The notes below the pieces were generated by a model that searched no databases, had not been told where the DNA came from, and saw only the letters and a list, made by a program, of their open reading frames with translations. The translations under genes and the position numbers were made by a program. A stretch of 64,000 nucleotides of DNA. It comes from Squalus acanthias (taxonomy: Eukaryota). The stretch lies in NCBI GenBank assembly GCA_030390025.1, contig CM059432.1, positions 147,066,001 through 147,130,000 of the forward strand. Reading direction: 5' to 3'. Within the stretch, counting starts at the first letter, position 1. Every line of letters begins with the position of its first letter. Below, in pieces: positions 12,209-25,488 of the stretch.

Positions 12209-12665
12209 AAGGGAAAGTGTTAAACTAGTTTCTGATTATACAGATCAATCATCCTGAAATACAGCTCCTTCATTGTAATGGGAATCAATGAAATATTGCA
12301 TCAAAGTGTAAGGAGGAAACTGTTGCAACAAGAAATGTGAAATAACAGGAAAGGTGTTGTAATGAGGAAAGTGTATGTGAAGCCCATTTAAAAACAGTAC
12401 AATACGAGAAAAGCTGCACCAGTGCGACCAATATATCCTAAACAGCTGTATTGTTGGAAGTAGCCAGACACTCCACGGCAAACAGTTCAATTTAAAATGA
12501 CTATATGATCATTTGTAGTGTTTATTCGTTCATTGAAATTGATCAATAGCAGATACTTCACAGCTCAGCAGATTCAACAAGCTTGTTTAAGCCAATGCAA
12601 CAAAATCAATATCAGTTTTATTCCTTATAAATCCATTCAAATTGATTAATAGCAGCCACTTCACA

Positions 12666-13782
12666 TAACATAGAAACATAGAAGATAGGAGCAGGAGTAG
12701 GCCATTCGGCCCCTCGCGCCTGCTCCGCCATTTAATGAGATCATGGCTGATCATCCAAATTCAGTACCCTGTCCCTGCTTTCTCCCCATATCCCTTGATC
12801 CCTTTCGCCTTAAGAAATATATCTATCTCCTTCTTGAATATATTTAATGAATTGGCCTCAACTGCCTTCTGTGGTAGAGAATTCCACAGGTTCACCACTC
12901 TCTGGGTGAAGAAATTCCTCCTCATCTCAGTCCTAAATGGCTTACCCCTTATCCTTAGACTGTGACCTCTGGTTCTGGACTCCCCCGCCATCGGGAACAT
13001 CCTTCCTGCATCTAGTCTGTTTAGTCCTTTTAGAATTTTATAAGTTTCAATGAGATCCCCTCTCATTCTTCTAAACTCTAGCAAATATAAGCCTAATCGA
13101 CCCAATCTCTCTTCATACGTTATTCCTGCCATCCCAGGTATCAGTCTGGTAAATCTTTACTGCACTCCCTCCATGGCAAGAACATCCTTCCTCAGATAAG
13201 GCGACCAAAACTGCACACAATACTCAAGGTGTGGTCTCACCAAGGCCTTGTACAACTGCAGCAAGACATCCTTGCTCCTGTACTCGAATCCTCTCGCTAT
13301 GAAGGCCAACATACCATTTGCCTTTTTGACCGCCTGCTGCACCTGCATGCTTACTTTCAGCGACTGGTGCACAAGGACTCCCAGATCTCGTTGCACTTCC
13401 CCTTTTCCCAATCTATTGCCGTTCAGATAATAATCTGTCTTCCTGTTTTTGCCACCAAAGTGGATAACCTCGCATTTATCCACATTATACTGCATCTGCC
13501 ATGCATCTGCCCAATCACCCAACCTGTCCAAATCATAATGGAGTTTCTCTGCATCCTCCTCACAGCACACACGCCCACCCAGCTTTGTGTCGTCTGCAAA
13601 CTTAGAGATATTACATCTAGTTCCCTCGTCTAGATCATTAATATATATTGTGAATAGCTGGGGTCCTAGCACCAATCCCTGCGGTACTCCACTAGTTACT
13701 GCCTGCCACTCGGAAAAAGACCCGTTTATTCCAACTCTTTGCTTCCTGTCTGCCAACCAGTTCTCTATCCAAGTCAGTACCA
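12666..13782 (-). mobile_element. CR1 3' fragment (RT C-terminal half)
   Basis: GVPQGLVLGP, FADD and RPHLEY, with a stop; tail at ~12670. Confidence 0.93.
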
Positions 13783-14179
13783 ATTCAACAACAGATTTAA
13801 TAAGGAGTGACAGTCCATTTAATAAAATGCGGCAAATTCAATATCGGTTGTATCATGCTTGATAATTCACTGAAATTGATCAATCCAAGTACCCCTGTAC
13901 TATGGCAGATTTAACAAGGTGCAACGTTTCGCTTACTCGTCCCCTGGTCAACTGCAAAATAAAAGTTTCATGGCCAATGTTTTAAAAACTCGTTTCTTTT
14001 CACATTGAAAATTGATGAAGTCAGTGTCCATTTTCATAACACAGTGTAGACTGTAATTTTGAAGTTTGGGAATATTTTAAAACTGCAGAACATTAGGAGA
14101 TGCACTGAAATTTTGTAAGCCAAGTAAAAATAATACCGCATCTCAAATAGTGCTGCAGCAAAGTCTGTTGTATGAAGGG

Positions 14180-14745
14180 AGAGGCTAGGTGCTGGGACCA
14201 CAACCTTTTCTAATTTACATCACTGACCTGGATTCAAAAACTCAATGCAAAATGGTGAACTTTGCAGGTGACACCTAACCGGGCGCGGCAGTGGAATCGG
14301 AGGAGACAGCTCAGAAATTGCAGAATGGGCTGGACAAAATATGCAAGCGGGGAGAACAATGGGAGAAGAAATTTAACGCAGACAAGTGTAAGCTATCGCA
14401 CATAGAAAGGCAGAAGAGACAACACACATAGCCCGTGAATGGTTTTGACATAGCCAAGGATGAAATTGACAGAAACCTCAGAATCTTAGTAGACTCAGTA
14501 CTAAATATGTCTGACCAATGCAAAGCAGCAACCAACAAAGCGAATAAGAGGTTGAACTCTACAGCCACAACAGTCAGAGGAGGTACTGATCAAACTGTAC
14601 AGTGCTCTGGCCAGTCCACGCCTTGAATACTGTGTCCAGTTCTAGTCACCTAGAAACAAGAGACATTCATTGCTGAAGACAGTCCAGAGAAGAACCCTCA
14701 GACTGATCCTCAGTGTCTGGGGTCTGTGTTATGAGGAAAGATTTG
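14180..14745 (+). mobile_element. Old, degraded CR1 fragment
   Basis: Remnants of VLGPQ, DLDS and LEYCVQF-like sequence. Confidence 0.6.
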
Positions 14746-16272
14746 GGCCCATCAGAGTGGGCATAAATGGAGTGCACCTAAACAGAGTGTAAAAGTTGGG
14801 AATTTGGAGAGAGTGGAAGTCTCTGGTAGGTACTGGGTGAGTAGTAGGTGTCAAACTGAAATTTAGTTTAACATTTTGAATTTAACTTAGAACTTTAAAA
14901 ACTAAAATAAACTGCAAGTTAGTCAACAGTTTAACAGTTAAAAGAAACTGCCTGACAGTGGCAGTTAAATGTCAATCAGCTATAAGTATTTGACTGAATA
15001 GGTGCTAATTACTGTGAGCAGGAAGCTGAGTCTGCACTTGTAACTTGGATGTGGCTTAAAGGTGTAGAGAAGTAAACAGTATCTGCTGACACGCAGAGTG
15101 GTCTGTACAGAGTGCACCTAAACAGAGTGCAAAAGTTGGGAATTTGGAGAGAGTGTGAATTTGATGCAGAGGGGAAAGAGATGCTGCCTTTTGCCTCCGA
15201 TACTTGTCGTGGTTTGTGTTACAGTTTTAATCTACCTATAATTTAAACTGGTTCAAGTAATTAGTTAAAAAAAACTATACTGTAGCTATGTTAATTAAAT
15301 ACATAGGGGAAGAAATTCAGTTGGTTAGTGCTTCCCGTTAGCGCCTGGCCAAGGCAAATCCAGCGGCGCACGCCAAATCCAATCGTCCCTTAGCACTGCC
15401 GCCAACAGTTAGCGCCCGGGGCTTTAGCGCCAGGCAGATCGCGACATCAGTGAGCGTGCAACACTCACTGGCCACCCGATCTGTCAAATTGATTATCGCC
15501 CCGTGCCTTAGCGCCTCACCCTGACAACAACAGGAAGAGGAGGCGTGAAGCAGGCGGATGGTGGCTCCAGGGGCGATATTTAAAGGGGTCAGTCGCAGCT
15601 GTCAGGTTCGTGCTGTTTCACTGTTTCCTGGTCAGTTTGCGATTGTGCAAGTGTTTAATTCAGTCATTTAAAGGTTCTTTAGTATCAGTGTTGTGGCTAC
15701 GAAAAATTTGTTACAGTTATTCTGACAAAATTTCAAAGTGCTACACATCGTTACATTAATGGGGGCTGTACTGGCAGTCGACCTCACCCTCCAGGATCTA
15801 CGGTGGAGGGGCTGCAGGCAGCGAGAATGATTGCAAGATGTGGCCAGAGGGAGGAGGAGGGCCATCAGAGCTCTCAACAGGAGGCCTTACCCTCCGAGGG
15901 TATTCCGAGAGCACTTCTCCTACCTCCAACTAAGCGAGGAGCAGTGCATTAGAAGGCTCCGCTTCAGCAAGGATGTGGTCACCGAACTCTGCCACCTCCT
16001 GCAACCAGACCTTGAGCCTCAGATTAGAGCGATCACGGCTCTCCCAGAGGCAGTCAAGGTCACCGTCGCCCTCAATTTCCTCGCCAGTGGTTCCTTCCAG
16101 TCTGCAACAGTAGATATAGCAAACACCTCGCAGTTCGCCGTCCATCGCTGCATCCAGGAGGTCACAGAGGCTCTCTGCAGTAGGAGAAGGGATTACATTT
16201 CCTTCCCCATCAGTAGAGAGAAGCAGGATGAACGTGCATGTGGCTTTGCCGGGATAGCTGGCTTCCCCATAG

Positions 16273-16557
16273 AGTCCAAAAATGTGCGGGTTAGGTTGAT
16301 TTGGCTATGATAAATTGACCCTTAGTGTTAGGGGGGATTAAATATGTGGGGTTATGAGGATAGGATGGGATATGTTAGGGATAATTAAATACGTGGGGTT
16401 ACGGGGGTAGGGTGGGATATGTGTACTGTGGGGATTAAAGCAGGGACAGGGTACTGGATTTGGATGATCAGCCATGATCGTATTGAATGGTGGAGCAGGC
16501 TCGACGGGACGAATGGCCTACTCCTGCTCCTAGATTCTATGTTTCTATGTTTCTATA
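16273..16557 (+). mobile_element. V-SINE (HE1-like) 3' fragment joined to a CR1-type tail
   Basis: agtccaaaaatgtgcgggttaggttgatttggc...aaattgacccttagtgt resembles the V-domain (from recall); then a CR1 stem-loop and (ttctatgt)n. Confidence 0.6.
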
Positions 16558-17219
16558 GAGTCATAGAGTTATACAGCAGAGAAAGAGGCCCTTCGGCCCA
16601 TCGTGTCCATGCCGGCCATCAAGCCCTGTCTATTCTAATCCCATTTTCCAGCACTTGGTCCGTAGCCTTGTATGCTATGGCGTTTCAAGTGCTCATCTAA
16701 ATGCTTCTTGAATGTTGTGAGGGTTCCTGCCTCTACCACCCTTTCAGGCAGTGAGATCCAGATTCCAACCACCCTCTGGGTCAAAAAGTTTTCCCTCAAA
16801 TCCCCTCTAAACCTCCTGCCCCTTACCTTCAAACTATGTCCCCTGGTTATTGACCCCTCTACTAAGGGGAAAAATTCCTTTCTATCTACCCTATCTATGC
16901 CCCTCATAATTTTGTACACCTCAATCAGGTCCCCCCTCAGCCTTCTCTGCTCTAAGGAAAACAACCCCAGCCTGTCCAGTCTCTCTTCATAGCTGAAGCG
17001 CTCCAGCCCAGGTAACATCCTGGTGAATCTCCTCTGCACCCTCTCCGATGCAATCACATCCTTCCTATAGTGTGGCGACCAGAACTGCACACAGTATTCC
17101 AGCTGTGGCCTAACTAGCGTTTTGTACAGCTTCATCATAACCTCCCTGCTCTTATATTCTATGCCTCGGCTAATGAAGGCAAGTATCCCGTATGTCTTTT
17201 TAACCACCTTATCTACCTA
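16556..17219 (-). mobile_element. CR1 3' fragment, same subfamily as 61042-62655
   Basis: ORF 16635..17207 ends in GYGPSAGKWD. Confidence 0.93.
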
Positions 17220-18058
17220 TAAGTGCAGTGCGCCATCGACTGCACCCACGGGGCTTTGCAGGCACCGCATAACAATCCTGAGATCTTCCATAACCGCAAA
17301 GGCTACCACTCACATAATGTGCAGTTGGTGTGCGATCACAGACAGCGAATCTTCAAAATGAATGCCCGCTATCCATGCAGCAGCCACGATGCCTTCATCC
17401 TGTGCTAGACCGGTGTGCCATCACGTCAAGTTCGCGGCAGTCTGGTCGGAGACAAGGGCTATCCGCTCTCCACCTGGCTCATGACTCCCCTCTGCCACCC
17501 CAACCCTAACACTCCTGCTCAGCACTCATATAATGAGAGCCATGCTGCCACCAGGATACATCATCGAGCAGACCATCGGCCTGCTAAAGCAACGGTTCCG
17601 TTGCCTTGACCGCTCGGGAGGAGCCCTCCAGTACTCGGCTGAGCGGGTTTCCCATTTCGTTGTGGTCTGCTGCATGCTCCACAACTTGGCCATCATGAGG
17701 GCCCAGCCCTTTCCGCCAGGGATTACAGGACCACCTCAGGAGGAGGAAGAGGGAAAGGAGGAGGAGGATGAGGATGAGGAAGTGGAAGACGAGGAGGAGG
17801 AGGAGGAACTGGAGCGAGGGAGGAGGTAGCCGCTCAATCGACCTTTGGGAAGGGCAGTCCGTCACCGCCTCATCAGACTGCGGTTCCAATAAATTTAACC
17901 CCAGATCCCCGTTGCTCACCACATCCCCATCATTCCATCCCTGTCACAGGCCATATCACAGCACAAAGCTGAAATGAGAGACACTTCAAAATAATTCAAA
18001 GCCAATTAATAAAGTATTTCAATAATAAGTGAGCACATATTTACAACAACAATATTAA

Positions 18059-19933
18059 CTATTCACCCTTGTGCCATCCCTTAGTGCCTGTCGTTACTGT
18101 GCCTTTGCCTACTCCAGTGCTCCTACCAAGTGTTGGTCCAGTGGCTGCTGCAGCACGGCGGGTGGAAAGCTGCTGAATGCGGGAGACTTCAGATGGCCTT
18201 GCAAGACGCTCTCGACCAGCTCTCAGCCTGGAAGGCCCGGCTGTAGACTGCACCACCTCAGCATGGGCGGCAGCAGTCTGGGCTGGCTGGATGACAGGCA
18301 GCGACAAGGGCAATGGTGGAGTGGCAGTGGTGCGAGCAGGAATGCTGTCATCCTGAGAGAGGACAGCAGCTTCCTGCTCCACTGACCCACTCCCACTCCC
18401 CCTGGGGCAACACCTCAGCATCACTACCAATCTGCTGGAGCACAGATTGCTGGCCTGCTGCGATACCGTGAAAGCCCTGGTGGACGGTGGTCGACCCAGC
18501 CACGATGGCAGCAGTCAGAGCTTGCGTGGCATCAAGCTGAGATTGAGAGCAGTCTGAGAATCGATGGCACCAAGCATAGACTGCATTACAGCACTAAGAC
18601 GTTGCGTGGCTTCTGCCTGTGCTGCAATGGAAGCTGCGACATCGCCCATCACACATGGCATCAGGTTTGGGTCACCACAGTCTCTCTGGGAGTCCACCAT
18701 CCTTTGCAGACTGGAAATGATGGGCTCCATGGTGTGCGCAGAGCTCTGTGCAATGTTGGAGGTGGACTCCTCCATGCTACTTACCATTGCTGAGAGGCTC
18801 TCAGTACTCTTGCCATTGCACCTATCATCTACCTGTGCATGACCATCACCCTTCATTTAAAGGCCTCCCCATTGAGGTCCTCATCTGAGTCCTGTGCAGC
18901 AGAACTCGCCCTCCGGGGAGCTGGCCCCCGAGCTATCCTTTCCCCCTGGCCTTGCTGCAGCCCACTCGTCCCCTGTGGATTAACCTGTGCAGATCGCTCT
19001 ACTATACTAGCCTCTAAAGAACGCGCAGTGCCAGTATCTGAGCTGGTGCCTGCGGGTGAGACATGCAGTGATGCGGTGTGTTCTTCCTCCTCCTCTTCTC
19101 CCGCCTCGCTCTCTACGGTGCCCTCAGGGACAGGCTGCTCAGCTGCTTGCTCATTATCTGAAAGTATAAAGGCACAAGAGTCGGGTTAAGGTGAGGGGAG
19201 GGGGGCAGGAAGGAAGAAAGGCTGCATACAGCATGATTAGCTGGAAAGTGGAAAACGCTTGTGGGGTGAGGGGGAAGTGGGATGTGAGAAGAAGGAGTAG
19301 GGATGAACATACTGTTGTTGTCCCCAAGGGGGTCAACGTCGCCGGTGGCCACGGTGCCCACCACCTGGTGCCCAATGATCTGCAGCACTCTTTCCTCCAG
19401 CTCAGACAGTGGTTGGGTGTCGGCTTGTCTCCGCCTGTGCGCTCCTGCTCCCTCCTGTTGTGAGCCACCTTGGCCTGCAAGAGAGAGGAGAGAGGAAAGT
19501 GTGTGAGTGAGTGTGGAGCAATGTGTTTGGGAGATGTGCCTGTCATAGTTGAATCGCTGTCATTGTGTGCAAGGTGTGAGATGTGGGTGTGAGTGTTGGT
19601 AGGTGGAGATTGTTGGTGGGTGAGTGCTGGGGGTGTGGTGCTTTGGGCAGTGTGTGCAGACTGAGGTTGAGATGGTGCTATGTAGCATTTGTTGAAGCAT
19701 TCACTCACGCTGACCACCCGAGTGAGGTCGTTAAATTTCTTCCTGCACTGTGTGTGGGTCCTGGGGATCACAGTGCTGCCTGAGACCTGCTGGGCTACCT
19801 GCCTCCACATGGTGTGGAAGACTTGCGGCGAGGGCCTCCTGCCACTTGCCGGGTACTGCACCGCCCTCCATCTCTCCACAATGAGGACCAAGGCCTCCAA
19901 TGCCTGGTCGCAGAATCTGCGAGCTCTCTTCAT
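18059..19933 (-). pseudogene. Harbinger Myb/SANT gene, 3 exons (~19933-19709, 19474-~19313, ~19157-18059)
   Basis: MKRARRFCDQALEALV..QCRKKFNDL; GT-AG introns; C-terminus GTKGWHKGE* matches GTKGMHKGD* at ~39445-39470. Confidence 0.85.
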
Positions 19934-20609
19934 GGGCCGTTGATCTGCCGTAATGACACCTCCTTCAGTGGTCCGGTTCCTTCTCCTTGGCCTGCTCCTG
20001 CTTGCTGAGACAGCCGCAGAACCAGCAATGCTGAGAATGAGGTTCTGCAGCATCAATGAACCTCCCCTTTAAGAACTGGAAAGAGCCTGTGGCAATGATG
20101 ACCAGCGATTAGACTGCACCTGAAATTGCCACTATCTAACGCCACTGAGCGAGGTCATTAGTACTTGATTTAGCGCTCTCATCCTTTCTTGGAGCGATGA
20201 CACTGAATTGTTACCCAAGTCATGCGCAAATTGGCATTGGGACAAGCAGATTAGAAGTTTAAATGCGTGGGTGAAAGAGTGGTGTGGGAGGCAGGGGTTT
20301 CGATTCATGGGGCACTGGCACAGGTATTGGGGAAAGAGGGAGCTGTTCCATTGGGACGGGCTCCACTGAAACCGGGCGAATCAAGTAACTAGGGTGGTAG
20401 ATCGGGCTTTAAACTAATGAAGGGGTGGGAGGATTCAGGAAATTTAAAAGCAGTAAGAGAACTGTCAAGACTGTAGAGCAGAGTAGTGATTTGGGTAAAT
20501 ATAAGCAGAGTGGGTCAGGAAGGGACAGACAGCTTAACAAAGGTAATAGGGCATGAATGACGAAGATGGCATTAGGGAAAAATAGAAAAAAGTTAAAGCT
20601 AAAGACACT

Positions 20610-22405
20610 GGCCACGATTTTGCCGGCGCTCAGAGTGCGGGTGTGGAGGCGGGTCCGCTGTCAAAATTGAAATGATTGACAGCAGGTTGGGAACCCGCTC
20701 TGAACCCGCCTCCATGTAAGTTTCCAAAGTGCCGGGTCTGCGATTTCAGAACAGACCCGACACCAAGCGGCGGGGGTGGCATTTAAGATAGTTAAGTGCT
20801 TGTTAAACGCTTGTTAACTACTATTTTGCCAGCCTATTTCTATTTTACCACTTTTTTAACGGGGTTCCCATCGTTCGGAGATCACGTTAGGTAAGTAGGT
20901 CGGGTTCTCTATGTCTCCCCATTGCTGTGAACAGGTGACAGCTACAAAAGTGGTATGAAAGCTTCCATTTCACAGCTGGTCACTTTCCAATGTCAGAAGC
21001 TTGAGCCTTCAGGACTTGGAAGACACTTTTGAACTTCATGCAGTTTGGAAGTGTTTGGAGTAAACTCTCTATCCACTGTCACCTCCTTGGAGCAAGCTCT
21101 CTCACCATTGACAGATCGCTTCTGTCATCTCAACTTCAGCTGCTATCTATTCCAGCCCTTGAAAAAATCTCACCTTGGTCCTCTGAATCCCAACATGATC
21201 AGCCCCAACACCAGCAGCACCAGGCACACCAGCAGCACCAACAACAACACCAACCTTCTCCGCCATCACCTGATGCTGCACAGGACACAGGGCATCAGCA
21301 CCCGACCACATTGCTGCCCAGGACGCCAGCGATGGCCTCACCATGGCCAGATTTACTTCACTTGACGCTGTACACCCTGGCTGCCATAGGACGTGCCAGG
21401 TTGGCACCACCTCACATCGGCACCATAAAGCATCCCTACAATGTCCAAGCCATTCCTTTCACGCTCATCACAATTGGGGGCGGGGGGGGGGGGGGTGCGG
21501 TGGAATTTTGTCTCAACAGTCACTTGAACTCACTGAGACCCTTCCAAAGGTGAGCACAGATCTGTCCAATAAGGCAAAGTGTTGAAAATATAAATTTCAA
21601 TGTTTGACAACACATTAACAGAAGCTTCACATGAACATTGGCTAAACCACCCAGGTGGCTACCCTTGTGTGTTGTTAGTTGGTATGCTTGCAATAGGTTG
21701 AGGGTGAGTGTGAGGGGTGGTGAGTGAGATGAGGAAGTGATAATGTAGATAGAGAGGGATGGGTGGAGGTGCAAGGTAAGTTGGTGTGAGTAAGGATGTG
21801 CAGGAGTAGGGTAGGGAAGGCAGAGTGATGGGGATGTGATGAGTGGCACAGCAGGATGAGGTTGAGTGTGGCTTGGCAGTAACGTTTCGTGATCTACTGA
21901 GATCATTGAAAGGTTTGTGCCACTGCACCCAGGTCCTCCTGACCACATCCCTGCTTGTGTCCTCCTGTGCAATGTACAACCAGGCTGCGTTGATCTCCTG
22001 GAGAGGTCTCTTCCGCCCATGGGAAGGGAAGAGAACCTCCCTGTGTGCTGTGACTCCCTCCATAAGCATATGGAGGGAGTTATGGGAGAGCCTGAGTGCA
22101 GCCGTGTAACTCTGTGCAGTGATTGTCAGTGTTTGCAGCACCTCAGTGCTGTAGAACACTGACAGCACAAATGTCAAGATCAGTTTGGACATGGCCCCTT
22201 TATGGAAACCGGCTGATGACACGCCATCAAATGACGTCATCAGACCTGCTTCCTGTTAATTGGCCGGGAACCTCGCTGGGCGGGCTTAACAAGCCCAATC
22301 AACGAAAAATCGCTTGGCGAGTGTGGGCTGGAGCAGGCAGCGGGCTGGGACTGCGACACCGACCCCGGCCACCCCGGAACTGCCTCGGTCGGTAAAATTG
22401 CGGCC
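20610..22405. mobile_element. Internally deleted Harbinger retaining a Gln-rich transposase start remnant and Myb exon 1
   Basis: TIRs ggccacgattttgcc / ggtaaaattgcggcc; TSD ACT/ACT, whose removal restores the host CR1 LK.LYL sequence; SANT-like AAWLYIA..RTWVQWHKPFNDL. Confidence 0.88.
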
Positions 22406-23572
22406 ACTATATCTGAAAGTGTGAAGCATTCACAACGAAATAGATGAATAGCACAGATAGAAATAAATGGGTTTGATCTAACAGCCATTACAGTGACGTA
22501 GTTGCAGAGTGACCAAGGTTGGGAAATAAATATTCCAGGATACTTAACTTTTAGAAAAAATAGGCAGAATGGAAAGGGGTGTGGGGTAGCCCTGATAATA
22601 AAGGATGAGATAAAGACAGTAGAGAGAAAGGATCTTGGCTCAGAAAAACAAGATGTAGAATCATTTTGGGTAGAGCTAAGAAACAACAAGGGGCAGAAAA
22701 CATTGGTGGGAGTAGTTTATAGGCCCCCTAACTGTAGTTGTCATGTCGGGCACAGTATAAATCAAGAAATTAGAGGCGTATGTAACAAAGGTAATACAGT
22801 AATCATGGGGGACTTTAATTTTCATATAGACTGGGCAAACCAAATTTGCAGAAATAGTGCAGAGGACGAGTTCATGGAATGCATTCAAGATAGTTTTCTA
22901 GATCGGTATGGCAAGGAATCAACCAGGGAATAGGTTATTTTAGATCTAGTATTGTGCAATGAGACAGGGTTAATTAATAACCTTGTAGTAAAGGAGTCTC
23001 TGGGGAGCAGTGATCATAATATGATAGAATTTTATGTTGAGTTTGAGAGTGATTTAGTTAGTTCCGAAACTAGGGTCCTAAACCTGAACAAAGCAAACTA
23101 CGTAGGTATGAGAGGCATGTTGGCTAAGGTAGGTTGGGAAATTAGATTAAACAATATGATGGTTGCTAAGCAATGGCAAACATTTAGAGAAATAATTCAT
23201 AATTCATAATGAATATACATTCCCTTAAGGAATAAAAACCCCACGAGAAAAATGGTCGAACTGTGGCTAACAAGAGAAGTTAAAGATAGTAGTAGATTGA
23301 AGGAAGAGCCTTATATTGTTGCCACAAAGAGTAGTATGTCTGAGGATTGGGAGGATTTTAGAATTCAGCAAAGGATGACCAAGAAATTGATAAAATTGAG
23401 AAAATAGAATAGGAAAGTAAACTAGTAAGATCTAAAAACAGATTGTAAACGCTTCTATAGGCATGTAAAAAGGAAGAGATTAGAGAAAGTAAACATGGGT
23501 TCCTTAAAGGCAGAGAAAGAAGAAATTATAATGGGGAATAAGGAAATGGCAGAGACATTAAACAAATACTTA

Positions 23573-24275
23573 GGGCTGGATTTTGATACTGGGGTGTGTT
23601 GGGGTCGTGTCATCCACTTTTCGTGTTATCCACCCGACTGCAATTGGATGTGGGAGATTGATGCAATTTTCACCTAATTGGGCAATTGAGTTCCAGCATG
23701 TGGGAACCCATGAACCAATTAGTGTTTTCAGTCTGAAAGTCGCCTCTGATGATGTCATCATTGCTGCTGCATTGAAGGTCTGCAAAGACTGCCTGGCCTT
23801 TGCTGTGAGAGGACCTGGATGCAAAATGAGCAGCAGCAGCCCTAAGTCTGCTCCCAGATATTTTTACACCACCACTCCCAGATATGTCTCCTCCCCATCC
23901 ATCCATATATGCATCCATTCACATAGCCATCCATATATGCATCCCCATAGCCAGCCAGCCCGCCCACCAGCCCGCCCGCCCGCAATGTGCTCCCGCCAGG
24001 TTTCAAATTCGTGGTTCAGAACAGGCGTGCTTCACGTAGATCAAGGGTTAAAATCACAAAGGCCTTTCAAAATGGCATTATAGAGGCAATTTAGTGCTTG
24101 TTAAGGGCCTTAACAGCCTATCCCGCCTCTTTGAGGCGGGATGGAGTCGGGACCAGCAGACACGATTTAATGAAAATTGCGTGGAGGCAGGCTTGTGCCC
24201 GCCCATCAATTTTCGCAATTTTAACCCCCCACACGCCTCCAAACCCACCTCCACGGGTCAATGAAAATCCAGCCC
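23573..24275. mobile_element. Harbinger MITE, subtype A
   Basis: TIRs gggctggatttt / aaaatccagccc; highly similar to 37863-38556. Confidence 0.9.
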
Positions 24276-24819
24276 ATGGTATCTGTCTTCACGAAGAAGA
24301 CACAAAAAACATTTCGGAAATAATAGGGAATCAAGGGTCTAGTGAGAATGAGGAATTTAAATAAATTAGTATTGGTAAAGAAATAGTACTGGAGAAATTA
24401 ATGGGACTAAAGGCCAACACATCCCCTGGTCCTGATGGTCTACATCCTAGGGTTTTGAAAGAGGTGGCTACAGAGATAGTGGATGCATTGGTCGTGATCT
24501 CCCAGAATTCCCTAGATTCTAGAACTGTCCCCGCAGATTGAAAGGTAGCAAATGTAACGCCACTATCCAAGAAAGGAGGGAGAGGGAAAACAGGGAACTA
24601 CAGACCAATTAACCTGACATCAATAGTAGGGAAAATGCTAGAATCTATTATTAGGGACCTGGTAACTGGGCACTTAGAAAATCATTATATGACTGGACAG
24701 AGTCAACATGGATTTCTGAAAGGGACATTGTGCTTGACAAACTGAAAAATCAGGAGCTACGGAGCTAAATTTCTAGGCCTCGGTTGCCGACCTCACCAGG
24801 GCAACGATGGGGGAGGGGT

Positions 24820-24975
24820 GACTCTGCTCCCATCTGACGCAAGTATACCGCTGAATGTCAACTCAGTATTCAGAGACCAGGACGCTTGTCTCTGCTTGCC
24901 AAGCCTGTCTGAAGTGGGGTTCGATCCCATAACCTTCCAACTCAGAAGTGGGTCTGTAACCACTGAGCCAGGGCT
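24820..24975 (-). mobile_element. tRNA-derived SINE head
   Basis: A-box TGGCTCAGTGG (24970-24960) and B-box-like GGATCGAACCC (24927-24917). Confidence 0.6.
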
Positions 24976-25488
24976 CAATCCATAATGAGGTATCGTATAT
25001 GTGCTGTTGTGCATGAAGTAGTGCACCATGGTATTTCTGCTCTGCTACTCTTATGTGATGTACTACTGGAACAAATAGGTATAGAGGCTTGTGCTTCAGC
25101 TGGACAGTTACTTCAACATACAGCAGACCAGGTAACTGTGTCCCAGGAAGGGCCGATTCTGCCTTGCTTACTCTAGGGAGCACCTGCTATCACTTGTTGA
25201 AAGACAGCTGCAGCCAAGGGACTGCCTGCGTCTAGGGGGCCATCTGCTTGCTCCCACACTTCTAGTGCTGCCGGAGGTTGAGTCTTCGGGACACAGAACA
25301 TGGCACCACCAGGAGTTCCCTGAATGCTTCACCACTGGTTCTCTGGTGACTAGCAGATTGAATATGTCTATTCGTGCATCTTAGACATTAGGCCCCAAAT
25401 CCTCGCCATCGGTGGGATTGTTCATGAAAGATGCTGCAACGATGCTCCCCACTTATGTGCCAGAGGCCTCTTCTGCAGATGCCATTGA

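Larger units (their letters stand above)
15759..17829 (+). pseudogene. Harbinger (HARBI1-like) DDE transposase, split by retroelements at ~16270-17220
   Basis: CIRRLRFSK, ALNFLASGSFQ, AGFP|VQCAIDCTH, NRKGYHSHNVQLVCD, SHDAFIL, GDKGYPL, EQTIGLLKQRFRCL, CCMLHN; poly-Glu tail. Confidence 0.92.
15306..20200. mobile_element. Decayed autonomous PIF/Harbinger transposon with convergent transposase (+) and Myb/SANT (-)
   Basis: Left TIR ggggaagaaattc; both hallmark genes present; the right end appears truncated. Confidence 0.9.
14755..24742 (+). mobile_element. Fragmented CR1: putative 5' UTR 14755-15305, ORF1 esterase remnant ~20203-20418, ORF2 remnant to ~24742; interrupted by three Harbinger insertions
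   Basis: 20203-20418 aligns to the ORF1 at 45125-45350; YLN..SI, GDFN, SDH and SPGPDGLHP remnants in 22409-24742. The 5' UTR assignment is tentative. Confidence 0.75.

Noticed and set aside
12245..12490. Short ORFs or exon in unique sequence (likewise 27405-27785 and 50621-51352)
   Set aside because: No recognisable domain and no convincing splice-site pair.
20203..20216. ctgaattgttaccc as the right TIR of the 15306 Harbinger
   Set aside because: The same bases align to CR1 ORF1 (GLLPEP), there is no TSD, and the end is shorter than in the copy at 860-1093; a deletion junction is more likely.
23583..24364. ORFs recurring in MITE copies (also 37765-38567 and 40283-41239)
   Set aside because: Recurrence reflects repeat identity; there are no domains and starts and ends are inconsistent.
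24915..24975. Functional tRNA gene
   Set aside because: A and B boxes are present, but there is no convincing cloverleaf or terminator; it is a SINE head.
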